IMG/VR virus record: IMGVR_UViG_3300031707_004017
Length of the DNA stretch: 43,064 nt
DNA from: a virus
Taxonomy: Duplodnaviria; Heunggongvirae; Uroviricota; Caudoviricetes
Strand: one strand, 5' to 3'
Shown here: piece after piece, positions 17,727 through 28,213 of the stretch
Layout: every line of letters begins with the position of its first letter
How positions within the stretch are numbered: position 1 is the stretch's first letter
The notes under the pieces: generated by a model
Database searches by the model: none
What the model was told of the DNA's origin: nothing
Seen by the model: only the letters and a program-made list of their open reading frames with translations
Program-made: the position numbers and the translations under genes

Positions 17727-20308
17727 GATAGCATTGTGCCTTTTATTTCAGTAATAACATCATTCACAGCTTCTCTAAAAGCTTTTCTAATACTTTGCTC
17801 GTTTTGTATAAATATCTCTTGTGATTTATTAGGGACATCGTTTGAGCATTGCGCAATTTTTCTATTAGCTGTTGAAATTAATTCAATTTTTTGAATTAAT
17901 CTAGCTGTTCTCTTTCTAACATCTTCATTAAAGACTTCTTTTATCATTTGTGCCGATTTAAATATTGGTTCTCGAGGATTAACTAATGAATGATACACAC
18001 CTGTATAAATTTGATGCATTTTCTTTTGAATTATATTTTGCAATTCATTATCTTTAACGTGCTTTATTAATTTATAATAATTTCCAGTAATATCATTTTC
18101 TGCAGTCTTAACTAATTTTCTAGTATACTGATCAATACCTTGCTTAAATAATGTCTGCGACATTTGTTGTTGATCACCATTAATTGCATCACTTTTCTGT
18201 CTCATTAATGCGACTTTTTCTAGCGATTGAAACGGCATATTGTCGTAGTCATAATTTAACTCACTAGCAGTGACCATAGCGACATTTGTATCGATTTGAT
18301 CATTAGATTCTTTTTCACGTTGCGCACTTGCAATCGTGAATTGTCTATTTAAATTTTCAGCTGCTTTAAATATTTTTGGTACTTTCTTTTTTGATAAATC
18401 TTTTCGGGGCGGCTTCAATTTATCGCTATCAATATTAGTTACCTCAAAGTTTTTTTTCGATTGTTCAATACCTTTATCAGATTTATTTTGTTCTCGATCT
18501 TGTTCTCGTTCATCTCTAGTTTCAGCAATTTTGTCGACATCGTATTCTTCGACTATCATTTTTGGTTTAATGCTTAATGTGCCGTCTTTCGTATATTCGA
18601 TATCAAAATCTTTTCCAAATTTAGTGATGGGTACTTTACTTGATGCAAACATCCCCATGCCACCACCTTGATCCTCAAGTTCAAGACCATAAGCATCAGC
18701 ATATACTTTAGCAACTGCTGGTCCTAAAGTACGACCAACTTCCATCATTATCGATCGTCTTAATTCATTATAAGTAGGATCTAAAACTGTATCTTCATTT
18801 TGTTTTAAACGTTCAGCAATAGAATCACTATTTAAACCAAAATATTCTAACCACGTTCCTACGTCGACTTTACCCTCAGATACAGCCTGTGCAAGCATTT
18901 GTTTATGCTGTGTGTCATCAGTTAAATTTAATCTATTCCACCTGACTTTTGGATATAAATAAACTTCACGTTTTTCTTTTTTAACTGTGCCGGGTTCATA
19001 TTCAATATATCCTGCATTTCGAGCAATAGGCAGAAATAAATTCTTTTCAATATACGCTTCTAATTGTTCTCTAAATATAGCATATCGTTGGTTTAAAACT
19101 TCTAATACAGTCTGGCCTGCAGCAAAATTGCCTTCACCAAGTAATACATTTTTATTTATCATTAAACCGACGAGTAAATCTTCAGTGATCCATTCGCGCT
19201 CAGTCGCTAATTGCATCAATCCACTGCTTGTACCGACAAGCTCCCAATGTAATTCATAATTAGTAATAATTGCAGAATCAGGATTCATCATCGCATCTTC
19301 GACTTGCTCACGAATTTCATTTACATCGGCTCTACTTGCATATTCCGCATGTATTAAATGTTTAGGCGTTAAATGTCTAGTGGCAATTGCATCTTGCGCT
19401 TGCCTCAATCTATCTTTATAAACTAATGTTTTAAAATTTCTTTCTATGATCGATGTGCCCCAGTCAGAATAGTCAGCAACTTTTCTCGCTAAATGAGCAA
19501 CATGTGATCCTTCATTTGGATCTGTAGAAAGAGGTATTTCTTTTCCATTTCTAACGTATTCAATAACATCGTCAGATAATGTCTGAAATAATTCTCCAGT
19601 TTTCTCATCATCTGGTCCGGCATGAACAATGTGTCGCAGTCTATCATCAGGAACTAGCATGACCTTTATAGCATTTGTTAATGCTAATTTTTCAATATGT
19701 GTATAATCAGGATTAAGACACGTTAATCTTACCCATCTAGTGCCATCATTATTCATTTGAGCCCATGGAAAAACATTACCTAACTTATAATATTCAACAC
19801 CAATCATTAACAGTTTATTAAACAAATCAATTCCCGTATTACCAATCATATTAACATAATGCTCAAGAATTCTATTTGCTAATTTTTTATTAACCATTTT
19901 CGGCAAGTCTAATCGTATTTTTGAAAGTGGCAATTCTGCATGCATATCAACAGCTGTTGCAACCAATGCATCATATTTATAAAAATAATTGCACCAGCTA
20001 TTAATTTCAATTCTATCTTTTGGTAGTATTAATGAAGACGGTTCAAAATCAGGATGGTAAAATAACGGCACACCTTGCTTAATATCAGCGGCAGCAGTTT
20101 TAGCAAAATGATTTACGATTTTCATTGCTTTAACATTATGTTTTCTAAGCGGACCTTGATACGTCTCAGACTGTAACGACGGTTGTGATTCTTTAATAGC
20201 ACCATTTTTAATAATTCTCATTGTTCTTTGTGGAGTAGATCGAACTGGTGCTACTGCTGATTTAACAAATTTAATTCGCGGAATCTTGTTCATTTGTAAT
20301 GTCCTCAC
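17723..20308 (-). CDS. Portal protein (861 aa, long C-terminal extension)
   Basis: Located after TerL; YDALVATAVDMHAELP, YYKLGNVFPW, LNPDY, WGTSIIERNFKTL and YPKVRWNRLNL segments are typical of large-phage portals. Confidence 0.75.
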   Translation of the reverse strand: MRTLQMNKIPRIKFVKSAVAPVRSTPQRTMRIIKNGAIKESQPSLQSETYQGPLRKHNVKAMKIVNHFAKTAAADIKQGVPLFYHPDFEPSSLILPKDRIEINSWCNYFYKYDALVATAVDMHAELPLSKIRLDLPKMVNKKLANRILEHYVNMIGNTGIDLFNKLLMIGVEYYKLGNVFPWAQMNNDGTRWVRLTCLNPDYTHIEKLALTNAIKVMLVPDDRLRHIVHAGPDDEKTGELFQTLSDDVIEYVRNGKEIPLSTDPNEGSHVAHLARKVADYSDWGTSIIERNFKTLVYKDRLRQAQDAIATRHLTPKHLIHAEYASRADVNEIREQVEDAMMNPDSAIITNYELHWELVGTSSGLMQLATEREWITEDLLVGLMINKNVLLGEGNFAAGQTVLEVLNQRYAIFREQLEAYIEKNLFLPIARNAGYIEYEPGTVKKEKREVYLYPKVRWNRLNLTDDTQHKQMLAQAVSEGKVDVGTWLEYFGLNSDSIAERLKQNEDTVLDPTYNELRRSIMMEVGRTLGPAVAKVYADAYGLELEDQGGGMGMFASSKVPITKFGKDFDIEYTKDGTLSIKPKMIVEEYDVDKIAETRDEREQDREQNKSDKGIEQSKKNFEVTNIDSDKLKPPRKDLSKKKVPKIFKAAENLNRQFTIASAQREKESNDQIDTNVAMVTASELNYDYDNMPFQSLEKVALMRQKSDAINGDQQQMSQTLFKQGIDQYTRKLVKTAENDITGNYYKLIKHVKDNELQNIIQKKMHQIYTGVYHSLVNPREPIFKSAQMIKEVFNEDVRKRTARLIQKIELISTANRKIAQCSNDVPNKSQEIFIQNEQSIRKAFREAVNDVITEIKGTMLS

Positions 20309-20787
20309 ATAGTATCAATAGTTGAATTCAAATCAACAATCTTATTTAACCCTAATTGATCATTTAATTTCTGTATTTCTGTTAATAATTTTTGTTGCAT
20401 TTCATCTTTTTTATTAGTAACATCTTTTTTTATGTCTTTTAATTCTTTCATAACGTCAGAACTATCAGAACCACTTGCGTCACTATCTTCATCATCTGCA
20501 TCAGAATCACTTGCGTCACTATCTTCAGCCTCATCATTACTTACATCACTTTCATCATCTGCATCTTTTGCTGATTTATCATCTTTTTCTGGCTTTGCGT
20601 CTGGCTTTGCGCTACTTTCTAACTCATTAAGTTCCTTTTCAAGCGCGTCTAGTTCTTCAGGCGTCGTTGCGCTCTCTATTTTCTTCTCTAACGCTTTCAA
20701 CTTGTTGTCTTGAGCTGCTTTTACAATCTCATGACTTTCTTTTGTTATAAGATCGTCTAGCCAGCCGGGCATTTGTTCGTTTCGCAT
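20305..20787 (-). CDS. Hypothetical acidic protein
   Basis: 160 aa, coupled to the portal start by an ATGA-type overlap; D/S/E-rich middle. Confidence 0.6.
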   Translation of the reverse strand: MRNEQMPGWLDDLITKESHEIVKAAQDNKLKALEKKIESATTPEELDALEKELNELESSAKPDAKPEKDDKSAKDADDESDVSNDEAEDSDASDSDADDEDSDASGSDSSDVMKELKDIKKDVTNKKDEMQQKLLTEIQKLNDQLGLNKIVDLNSTIDTM

Positions 20788-21094
20788 TTTTTCGCTCCTG
20801 TTCTAATTTTTCAATAGCGCTTGATGCAATTAGACCATGTATTTGTATACCACAATCATTAACTAATGATTGTAATTCGTATTTAATTTGATCTACACAT
20901 TGCACTACATTTGCAATCATCCGTTGTAATCTTTTTTTGCGATATGTTATATCATCCGGTAATAATTTTGTAAATTGATCAATATTTAATAATTGCTGAA
21001 AAAATGATGCTGCGCTTGATGGTAACAAACTTGCAAAGTTCGTCGCTTGACGTCGATGTGCTTGATATTCTTTAACCATTTCGCGATAATTCAT
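20729..21094 (-). CDS. Hypothetical basic helical protein
   Basis: 121 aa; overlaps the TerL stop and the next ORF start. Confidence 0.55.
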   Translation of the reverse strand: MNYREMVKEYQAHRRQATNFASLLPSSAASFFQQLLNIDQFTKLLPDDITYRKKRLQRMIANVVQCVDQIKYELQSLVNDCGIQIHGLIASSAIEKLEQERKNAKRTNARLARRSYNKRKS

Positions 21095-23004
21095 CTATGA
21101 ATTCCTAATCGTCTAGCCAATATTAATTTATCCATAGACGACATCGATGTCGTATAACTTGTTCTTCTACCACTAAGATTGACTGACGCCATTTGAGCAT
21201 TATTATTTGACCTGACTGATACTGACGAAATATGAGCAGCTGATGAATCCATTTCATTTTCAATCGCTATCGATACAGCGTTAGCTAACACGTCAGCTAA
21301 GTCATCAGTAGTGATATCGCCCGATTTTGGTGCTTCAACTATAAATTGTTTCTTACCGACTTTCTTTTCTTGTAAATATATTAATTCTTTAATTCCATCT
21401 TCATTGTATAAAAGAGATAACCGCTTATCATATATTATAGATCGTAAATTCTTATAAATTTTCATATTATATTGACGAGAAAAATGAGTCTTAATAGCGT
21501 CAACACCCGCTTTTATAAATTTTTGTATAGAAGATGCTGACTCAAATTGGTCATAAACTATTTTTTCTACTCTAAACCGTTTAGTCAAATCCATAACATA
21601 TTCGTCGATTAACTCAATATCAATAAATTCGTATTCGGAAAATTCAGGGTCGTTGACTGACCACTTCATCCACTTATCGACTACGACTATTAATCTACCA
21701 ATCGAATCGCGTTCGCAATGAACCATAGCTAACGCATATCCATTTTCTTCAACAGCTGGGTCAAGTGCTATATAATGTCTATATCGTCCTAATGGATTCT
21801 CAGTCTCTAATCTATAAGTGGGTACCTTTTTAGTTTCACCATTTTCATCAACATAATCTGTGTATCCTAAAATGCTAATACATTCATGAATTTTTTCTGG
21901 AAATTTAAAGAAACCTGTAATAGTTGTAGAAAACTGTGCTCCATATTCTGTCCAAAATGATTCGGGATCTTTCTTGTATCTATTTTTAAGAAAAACAAAT
22001 TCAATATTTGGATTCATCTCCCAAGTCGGCATTTGCAACATTCTAGTATTGTTATCTTCAAACGATGTAACAAACAGCTCATAAAACACACCACTTTTAG
22101 TATACGGACTAGATATGCAAATGATTTTACTATCTTTACCAAACGTCGCTCCAGATGGCGTCAAGCTCTCATAAACTTTCTTACCACCACGGTTACCTTC
22201 ATTATCGACAAAATGTGCTAATTCATCAAATAATGCGACTATGACAGAACCACCTCTAGATCCTCTAGCAGAACATAATAATGATTCAATCCTTATTGTT
22301 GCTCGTTTCTTTAATGGTTTACCATATCGTTTCTCTTCATCTTGCATCTTCTTTATATCATGCTTTGTCCGTAAATTTATTTCAGAATCATTAAAGCTTG
22401 CTATATATGGTAAAAACCACTCTGAATTAAATATTCTATTCTGAATTTGTGTCGCCAATTCAAGAGCCTGATCACCACTGGAAGCAATATTAACTATTTT
22501 AATTACTTCATCTTCAGCCATATTATAATAAGCTTGAGGATTGTCTTTAATGATTAGCTTATATGATTCATATGCAGAGATAATTGATGCTAAAAATGTT
22601 TTACCGCCTCTCCGACCACAAGCTAATACTAATTCTCCAGCAGTAGCATTTACAATGTCTTCAAGATTTGACAAGCTACATCGTTTTTGGTTCATTAAAT
22701 ATAATGCATATTCTCTCTCAGTTAATAATTTCCCTACATCATTATTTGGAAATGATCTTAATTGGATACATTTTTCTTTATCATCTAGCGATAATCCATA
22801 AAAAACTTTTAGTATAAATTTTTGTGGTGGAGTTAACGTTTTTATATTTAAATAATACGGTGATTCAACAAACGTCATTATGTCAACTAATGTATCTTCT
22901 TTAATCATCGTAGTAATAAAATCACTAAAAATCTCTTCAAACGAAGACGCTGCTGATGGTTCTTTAGACTCAATCTGAACTAATTTTGATTTTAACGTAG
23001 CCAT
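21091..23004 (-). CDS. terL: Terminase large subunit
   Basis: Walker A GRRGGKT, Walker B LFDE, coupling motif CISSP, RNase H-like nuclease IALDP ... DDLAD. Confidence 0.92.
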   Translation of the reverse strand: MATLKSKLVQIESKEPSAASSFEEIFSDFITTMIKEDTLVDIMTFVESPYYLNIKTLTPPQKFILKVFYGLSLDDKEKCIQLRSFPNNDVGKLLTEREYALYLMNQKRCSLSNLEDIVNATAGELVLACGRRGGKTFLASIISAYESYKLIIKDNPQAYYNMAEDEVIKIVNIASSGDQALELATQIQNRIFNSEWFLPYIASFNDSEINLRTKHDIKKMQDEEKRYGKPLKKRATIRIESLLCSARGSRGGSVIVALFDELAHFVDNEGNRGGKKVYESLTPSGATFGKDSKIICISSPYTKSGVFYELFVTSFEDNNTRMLQMPTWEMNPNIEFVFLKNRYKKDPESFWTEYGAQFSTTITGFFKFPEKIHECISILGYTDYVDENGETKKVPTYRLETENPLGRYRHYIALDPAVEENGYALAMVHCERDSIGRLIVVVDKWMKWSVNDPEFSEYEFIDIELIDEYVMDLTKRFRVEKIVYDQFESASSIQKFIKAGVDAIKTHFSRQYNMKIYKNLRSIIYDKRLSLLYNEDGIKELIYLQEKKVGKKQFIVEAPKSGDITTDDLADVLANAVSIAIENEMDSSAAHISSVSVRSNNNAQMASVNLSGRRTSYTTSMSSMDKLILARRLGIHR

Positions 23005-24284
23005 TGTTTTGCTGCGCTTTTATGAAAACAATCTTTTCCACAATCGCAAACTAATTGATTAGCAAACTTTTTTACTAAAAATCTATCATCAATTAATACT
23101 GCATTCTTTGAAATTTTAGTCACTGTATCAGGCACATATGCAAACCTTATATGTTTATTATACGATTTAATTATTCTTGAAATAGCTCTCGACGCCTTTA
23201 ATTTTTTGACATTCTTCATTTGTCGCATTCTTGATTCTGCACGATCAAGTTCGCGTTTAACTGTCGACTTCGGCATACTTAATGCGTCTGCAATTTCTCT
23301 AACGCTCATCTCGTCACCCTCGCGAATTTCTTTCGGCAATTGTTCTTGGGACATCAATCCGTAACGCATTTTTAATATTTTTTCTTTTACTGGATCATTA
23401 ATAGCACTGATGCTATCAGAAATAACTTTTTTCAACTCAGACTCAGTCGTCACATCTTCTGGTGTCGGCATAAATCCAGTAGCGTCTGGCGAAACTTGTT
23501 CCGGCCCTAATACGTCATGCACGCTTCTGTCATCTTCACCTTCATCAATTTGTTCCTCCATAGAAACAGCACCGCTTTGCAATAAATCGGAAATAATATT
23601 CGGCGTAGCATGAGAAATGCCATATCTCTCATATTTCTCATTCTTAGGATCGTTAAGTTCTTTTGCCATTTGTTCATAATCAATAGGATCAGTACCATGC
23701 TTTTTCCGATAATCATGAATATATGCATGAATCGCTCTAAGAAGTCGTCGATCTTTTGGATCAATAGACACGAGCGACCTAAATATCTCACGAGCCTTAC
23801 TTTGTAATTGCTTTAAAACTGTCGTATATATGTATGCAACAATACCTTGATTACTTGGATCAGCGTTCTTAAGCGCTTTAACAAATATATATGATGCATT
23901 CTGCTTTAAATCTTCAATGTCTTGCGCTGTAGCAATGTATCTGCGTTCACCTACAACTTTATTAACAATACCTCGTGGACCCATTATCATCGGCAAGAAT
24001 TGATTATAAAGCTTTTTAAACGATCCTCTAGACTGTGTCTGTTGAAAAGTTTTAACTTCTGATTGAATTTGAGGTATAGTCATAAGTTGATGTGGTTGCG
24101 TCTTTTTTGGCGCGTACTTTGCCTGTTCTTCAGGTGGTAATGACCGTATTTTAACTTTTGTCGTTTTACCACCTGGCGTAATATGAGTCACATATCTATC
24201 ACGCCAGTCATCATTGGCAGCAATTTTTGTAAAATCATATTTTAAAATTTTCGCTAATGTCGATGAAATTAAAACTTTAAACAT
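22992..24284 (-). CDS. Sigma70-family RNA polymerase sigma factor (putative late sigma) with N- and C-terminal extensions
   Basis: Region 2-like EDLKQNASYIFVKALKNADP...IVAYIY, region 3-like YEQMAKELN, region 4 HTH KILKMRYGL...MSVREIADALSMPKSTVKRELDRA. Confidence 0.8.
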   Translation of the reverse strand: MFKVLISSTLAKILKYDFTKIAANDDWRDRYVTHITPGGKTTKVKIRSLPPEEQAKYAPKKTQPHQLMTIPQIQSEVKTFQQTQSRGSFKKLYNQFLPMIMGPRGIVNKVVGERRYIATAQDIEDLKQNASYIFVKALKNADPSNQGIVAYIYTTVLKQLQSKAREIFRSLVSIDPKDRRLLRAIHAYIHDYRKKHGTDPIDYEQMAKELNDPKNEKYERYGISHATPNIISDLLQSGAVSMEEQIDEGEDDRSVHDVLGPEQVSPDATGFMPTPEDVTTESELKKVISDSISAINDPVKEKILKMRYGLMSQEQLPKEIREGDEMSVREIADALSMPKSTVKRELDRAESRMRQMKNVKKLKASRAISRIIKSYNKHIRFAYVPDTVTKISKNAVLIDDRFLVKKFANQLVCDCGKDCFHKSAAKQWLR

Positions 24285-24288
24285 ATTT

Positions 24289-24687
24289 TTATCCTTTCAA
24301 TGCATGATTTAGTTCATCTCTTTTTGTTACACCTGCATCTGCTTTCGCTTTATTAATAATATTATAAGCATCTTTTTGTCTATTTAATAACTTTGATACT
24401 CGTGCTTGATCTTTCGATTTTATATCGTCTTGCGAAATTGAACCATATTGTTCTTTATTTCGTTTATTTTTTCGTTCTTCAATTAATTTCCAACGCTTTT
24501 CAGCATCAGCACCGATAATTGTATCTATTGATGAATTTGTACTACCCTTAACGACAAAACCACTAGCTGACATTAATTTCTCAGCGTCTCCTCCGCAAAC
24601 TGGACAGCCGGCATTAAAATCACCAACTTTCTTCATTTCTTCGAATTGCTGGCCGCATTTTTTGCAGGCAAATTCATAAATCGGCAT
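24289..24687 (-). CDS. FmdB-family zinc-ribbon protein
   Basis: MPIYEFACKKCG...CPVCGG...SASGFVVKG signature. Confidence 0.85.
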   Translation of the reverse strand: MPIYEFACKKCGQQFEEMKKVGDFNAGCPVCGGDAEKLMSASGFVVKGSTNSSIDTIIGADAEKRWKLIEERKNKRNKEQYGSISQDDIKSKDQARVSKLLNRQKDAYNIINKAKADAGVTKRDELNHALKG

Positions 24688-24704
24688 ACATAGCTCCTTT
24701 CATT

Positions 24705-25526
24705 TTAATTTATTTTAATAGTTCGAGTCTCATTTACAGTCCCGACAATCTTCTCATAGAAACTATCAAGTTCCTGATTTAACGTATTTTTAATTTTTCG
24801 ATGATCTTGTTTTAATCTAATTGCCTTAGAATACACATCAAAACAGATGTCTAAAAATTTTGGTCTTAATGAAATCACAGTCTGTCTTACTTCTTCTCTT
24901 GCTATCAACATTTTGTTACTAATGTACCAAATATCCATAAACTCGCTAGCAAGCTGATAAACATATTCAAATTTTTCATTTACAAACACTTTAAATTCTG
25001 TGTCAGTTAAATCTTCAAATTGTTCTTCTGTAAGAGATCGTTTTATAAATATTTTAACATCTTCTCGCAACATTGATTCAACTAATCTATGATATGTTAT
25101 ATAATCTTCATGAGCAGTAATGGATGTTGAATCTTTTAATTTATTCTTAAGCATTTTCGAATAATTATCTAATAACATTGACTTTACAGTCGCAACTTTT
25201 TCCTCAAAATATAACATTTGCTTTGCAACTAAATCGACATTATCTATATAACATATTTTCGTTACAATTTCTACTGTCTTTGTGACAACATGATAAAAAT
25301 CAATATTATATGGACATGATGCATGCGGCGGTAATTGTTTATCACTGTCATCATCTATTTGTTTTTTACCAAATGAAATACTATTAGAACCTAATTTTAA
25401 TGTCGGTCTTGTTATCAAAATAAAGATCATTAAAATGACAGTAATAACTATTAACATTAACATTATTTGTAACGGACCAACGTGATCAAAAAATCCCCAT
25501 ATTGTTGTGACGCTTGTAGTATTCAT
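24705..25526 (-). CDS. Hypothetical membrane-anchored protein
   Basis: One strongly hydrophobic N-terminal segment (LQIMLMLIVITVILMIFILI) followed by a helical soluble domain. Confidence 0.65.
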   Translation of the reverse strand: MNTTSVTTIWGFFDHVGPLQIMLMLIVITVILMIFILITRPTLKLGSNSISFGKKQIDDDSDKQLPPHASCPYNIDFYHVVTKTVEIVTKICYIDNVDLVAKQMLYFEEKVATVKSMLLDNYSKMLKNKLKDSTSITAHEDYITYHRLVESMLREDVKIFIKRSLTEEQFEDLTDTEFKVFVNEKFEYVYQLASEFMDIWYISNKMLIAREEVRQTVISLRPKFLDICFDVYSKAIRLKQDHRKIKNTLNQELDSFYEKIVGTVNETRTIKIN

Positions 25527-25537
25527 TTCTGCCTTCC

Positions 25538-25726
25538 TTAAACGTATATTCGTAATTTTGTTCGACCTTTATATCTAACTTGAAAACAGTCTGTACAAAC
25601 TATCTCACCATACGTAACTTCAATAATTTCTTTTGACTTTTTATCAAGAATCTCAATTACAATTCGAATCATTGCGTCTTTGATATCTTTACAATCTGGA
25701 CATCTGAGACCAGTTTTTGCATACAT
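25538..25726 (-). CDS. Small zinc-ribbon protein
   Basis: CPDC...CTDC; GGAG SD upstream. Confidence 0.65.
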   Translation of the reverse strand: MYAKTGLRCPDCKDIKDAMIRIVIEILDKKSKEIIEVTYGEIVCTDCFQVRYKGRTKLRIYV

Positions 25727-25839
25727 AACAGTTCATCTCCTTTAATATGATGACATATTAAATGCACAAAATATCAAAAGATGTAAACAGCAGTTAGATT
25801 ACTGCAATTAGAATTGTAGAAAAACACTGCAGATTTGAA

Positions 25840-26118
25840 TTATGTAGCAGTCCAGCGAAGTTCTTCTGGCAGAATAGAGTCTGGCACGAAACCTATAAAG
25901 AGTAAAAGACTATATCCTTGATTAGGGCCGTAATTATAACCAATCGGTTTTTTAATAAACGTTCGTTGTTTATTTGCACAGGACCAGCAGATGTATTCCT
26001 TTGTACTTCTTTTATAACAAACTTTTTCGTTTATTTTGCAAACTCTACAAACTCTAATCTCTTTGAATTTATGAATTTTATTATTTTTTGGATTAATATG
26101 TGGTTTAATTAGATTCAT
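25840..26118 (-). CDS. Small CxxC zinc-finger protein (likely start ATG 26118 overlapping the topA end)
   Basis: MNLIKPH...CRVC...CWSC; the track start at 26178 lies deeper within topA. Confidence 0.5.
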   Translation of the reverse strand: MNLIKPHINPKNNKIHKFKEIRVCRVCKINEKVCYKRSTKEYICWSCANKQRTFIKKPIGYNYGPNQGYSLLLFIGFVPDSILPEELRWTAT

Positions 26119-28174
26119 CAGATTTCTTCGTCTTTTTATATTTATCTTTTTTAGATTTGAATTCAAATGGTTCACCATTCATATTAAACATTCTTCTACA
26201 TTTAGGAAATGATTCACAACCGCAAAATTCTTTTCCTGACTTATGACCTGTACGAATTACAATTTTAGATCCGCATCTGTCGCATGTTACACCCTCAAGA
26301 TATCGTTTTTCTTTTACTTCCTTGACAATAGGTTCACCGTCAGGCCCGATCTTGAATGTTGCTGAGCACTTATTTTCTTTGTCACGAAATCCGTCGCATC
26401 CATAAAATGAACCAAATCTACTAAATCGTTTTACTAATTTAAATTTACCACAAGTAGGACATGTAATGTCTGTCACGTCTTTGCTTTTCATACTTTCAGA
26501 GTCTCTCGCAGCACTTAATCTCTTTTTTAATTCAATAAAAAACGAATCAACAACATTATACCACACTTTAGTTGCATCAGCTACATCATCTAGTTGATCT
26601 TCAATCCTCGCTGTAAAATTCATATTCATCAATTCAGGAAATGCTTTCATTAAATAATCACAAACTTTTTTTCCTAAATCAGTCGGAATAAAAGCTTTAC
26701 CTTGCTTCTCAATATATTGTCGTTTTAATAGCGTATCAATGATTGTAGCATACGTTGACGGTCTGCCGATGCCTTCTTCTTCAAGTTTTTTAACCACTGA
26801 TGCTGTATTATACATCGCTGGTGGTTTTGTAAAATGTTGTTCTCCCTTTACGTCTTTTAACTTAACGTTTTCATTCTCAACTACAAGTGGTAAAATTTCT
26901 TCTTTAGTAGTCGAATACGGCCAACATTTTAAGAAACCGTCAAATACTAATGTTTGACCATTAGCAGTAAATAAATGTTTATTGTCGTTAGATATTATTT
27001 CAATTTTAGTAACATCAAATACTGCATCAGTCATTTGACACGAAACAAACTTATTAAAAATAGCTTCATACAACTTATATTGGTCTTCATCAATACTAGC
27101 TCGTATTTCATTTAATGGGATTTCCAAATGTGACGGTCTAATACCTTCATGAGCTTCTTGCGCATTTTTATTCTTTGACTTATAAACGATTAGTTGACCA
27201 GGAAGATATTTATCACCAAACGATGTCTTTATAAAATCTCTTACATTTGCTATAGCATCTACACTAATATTTACTGAATCAGTTCTATGATATGTTATTA
27301 AACCTGTACTATCACGACCATTAATTGAAAACCCTTCGTATAAATCTTGAGCGAGTTTCATCGTCTTTTTACCATCCCAATTGAAACACGCAGAACAAAA
27401 TTGCTGTAATGATGAAGTATTAAATACTGGTTGAGGCGCTCTGTTCTTTCTTGATTTAGAGATTGACTTCACAGACCAACCAATTACCTTACTTATAGAA
27501 TCAATAATACTAGTTACTTGATCTTCTGTAGTCAATTTCTCGTTACTCTTATACGTAGCTTTTAATTCTTCGTCTTTCTTGGTTAAAAACCAACCAGTAA
27601 TATCCCAATATTCTTCAGAAACAAATTTATCGATCTCCTTTTGTCTTTCTACGATAAGCATTAAACCGATAGATTGTACTCGACCAGCAGACGTGCCATT
27701 ACATACTTTTCTCCATAAAATTGGAGACACTTTAAATCCAACCAACATATCAAGAACCGATCTTGCTTGTTGAGCATAATATAAATCCATATTAATTTGT
27801 GTCGGTGATTTTAAAGCTGCTAATATTGCAGATTTTGTTATTTCTTGAAATCGAATCCTTTTCACTTCGCATTTTTTATCTAAAGCAAACTTAGCAATAT
27901 GATAACCTATTGCTGCGCCTTCTCTATCATCATCTGTCGCAATTATAACTTCTTTATGCTCTCTTGACAATTTCTTTAAATTAGCTATAACTGCTTCTTT
28001 TTTAGGAACGGGTATGTAATGAGGTTTGTATCCATTATCAATGTCAATTGCTCCGTCTTTTGGTTCAATTTGGTAACAATGACCTATAGATGCCACAATT
28101 ACATAGTCAGGCCCTAAAAAATTTTGAATTGTCTTTACTTTCCCTGGGCTTTCAACAATAAATAGCTTTTTCAT
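26105..28174 (-). CDS. topA: DNA topoisomerase I (type IA)
   Basis: IVESPGK TOPRIM, ATDDDREG, SAGRVQS, catalytic ITYHRTDS, AQEAHEGIRP, GIGRPSTYA, two C-terminal C4 Zn ribbons. Confidence 0.96.
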   Translation of the reverse strand: MKKLFIVESPGKVKTIQNFLGPDYVIVASIGHCYQIEPKDGAIDIDNGYKPHYIPVPKKEAVIANLKKLSREHKEVIIATDDDREGAAIGYHIAKFALDKKCEVKRIRFQEITKSAILAALKSPTQINMDLYYAQQARSVLDMLVGFKVSPILWRKVCNGTSAGRVQSIGLMLIVERQKEIDKFVSEEYWDITGWFLTKKDEELKATYKSNEKLTTEDQVTSIIDSISKVIGWSVKSISKSRKNRAPQPVFNTSSLQQFCSACFNWDGKKTMKLAQDLYEGFSINGRDSTGLITYHRTDSVNISVDAIANVRDFIKTSFGDKYLPGQLIVYKSKNKNAQEAHEGIRPSHLEIPLNEIRASIDEDQYKLYEAIFNKFVSCQMTDAVFDVTKIEIISNDNKHLFTANGQTLVFDGFLKCWPYSTTKEEILPLVVENENVKLKDVKGEQHFTKPPAMYNTASVVKKLEEEGIGRPSTYATIIDTLLKRQYIEKQGKAFIPTDLGKKVCDYLMKAFPELMNMNFTARIEDQLDDVADATKVWYNVVDSFFIELKKRLSAARDSESMKSKDVTDITCPTCGKFKLVKRFSRFGSFYGCDGFRDKENKCSATFKIGPDGEPIVKEVKEKRYLEGVTCDRCGSKIVIRTGHKSGKEFCGCESFPKCRRMFNMNGEPFEFKSKKDKYKKTKKSDESN

Positions 28175-28213
28175 ACAGTTCCGTTTTTTCCATTGTGCGC
28201 CCCTTTCAAAGTT

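Noticed and set aside
10910-20713. Ser-rich plus-strand ORFs (10910-11365, 13516-14121, 14353-14580, 20432-20713)
   Set aside because: Antisense shadows of Asp/Glu-rich minus-strand genes (GAT/GAA read as TCx); they fully overlap better-supported genes.
21091-28174. Additional inteins in terL or topA
   Set aside because: No C...HN|S/T/C blocks, and protein lengths and motifs are contiguous.
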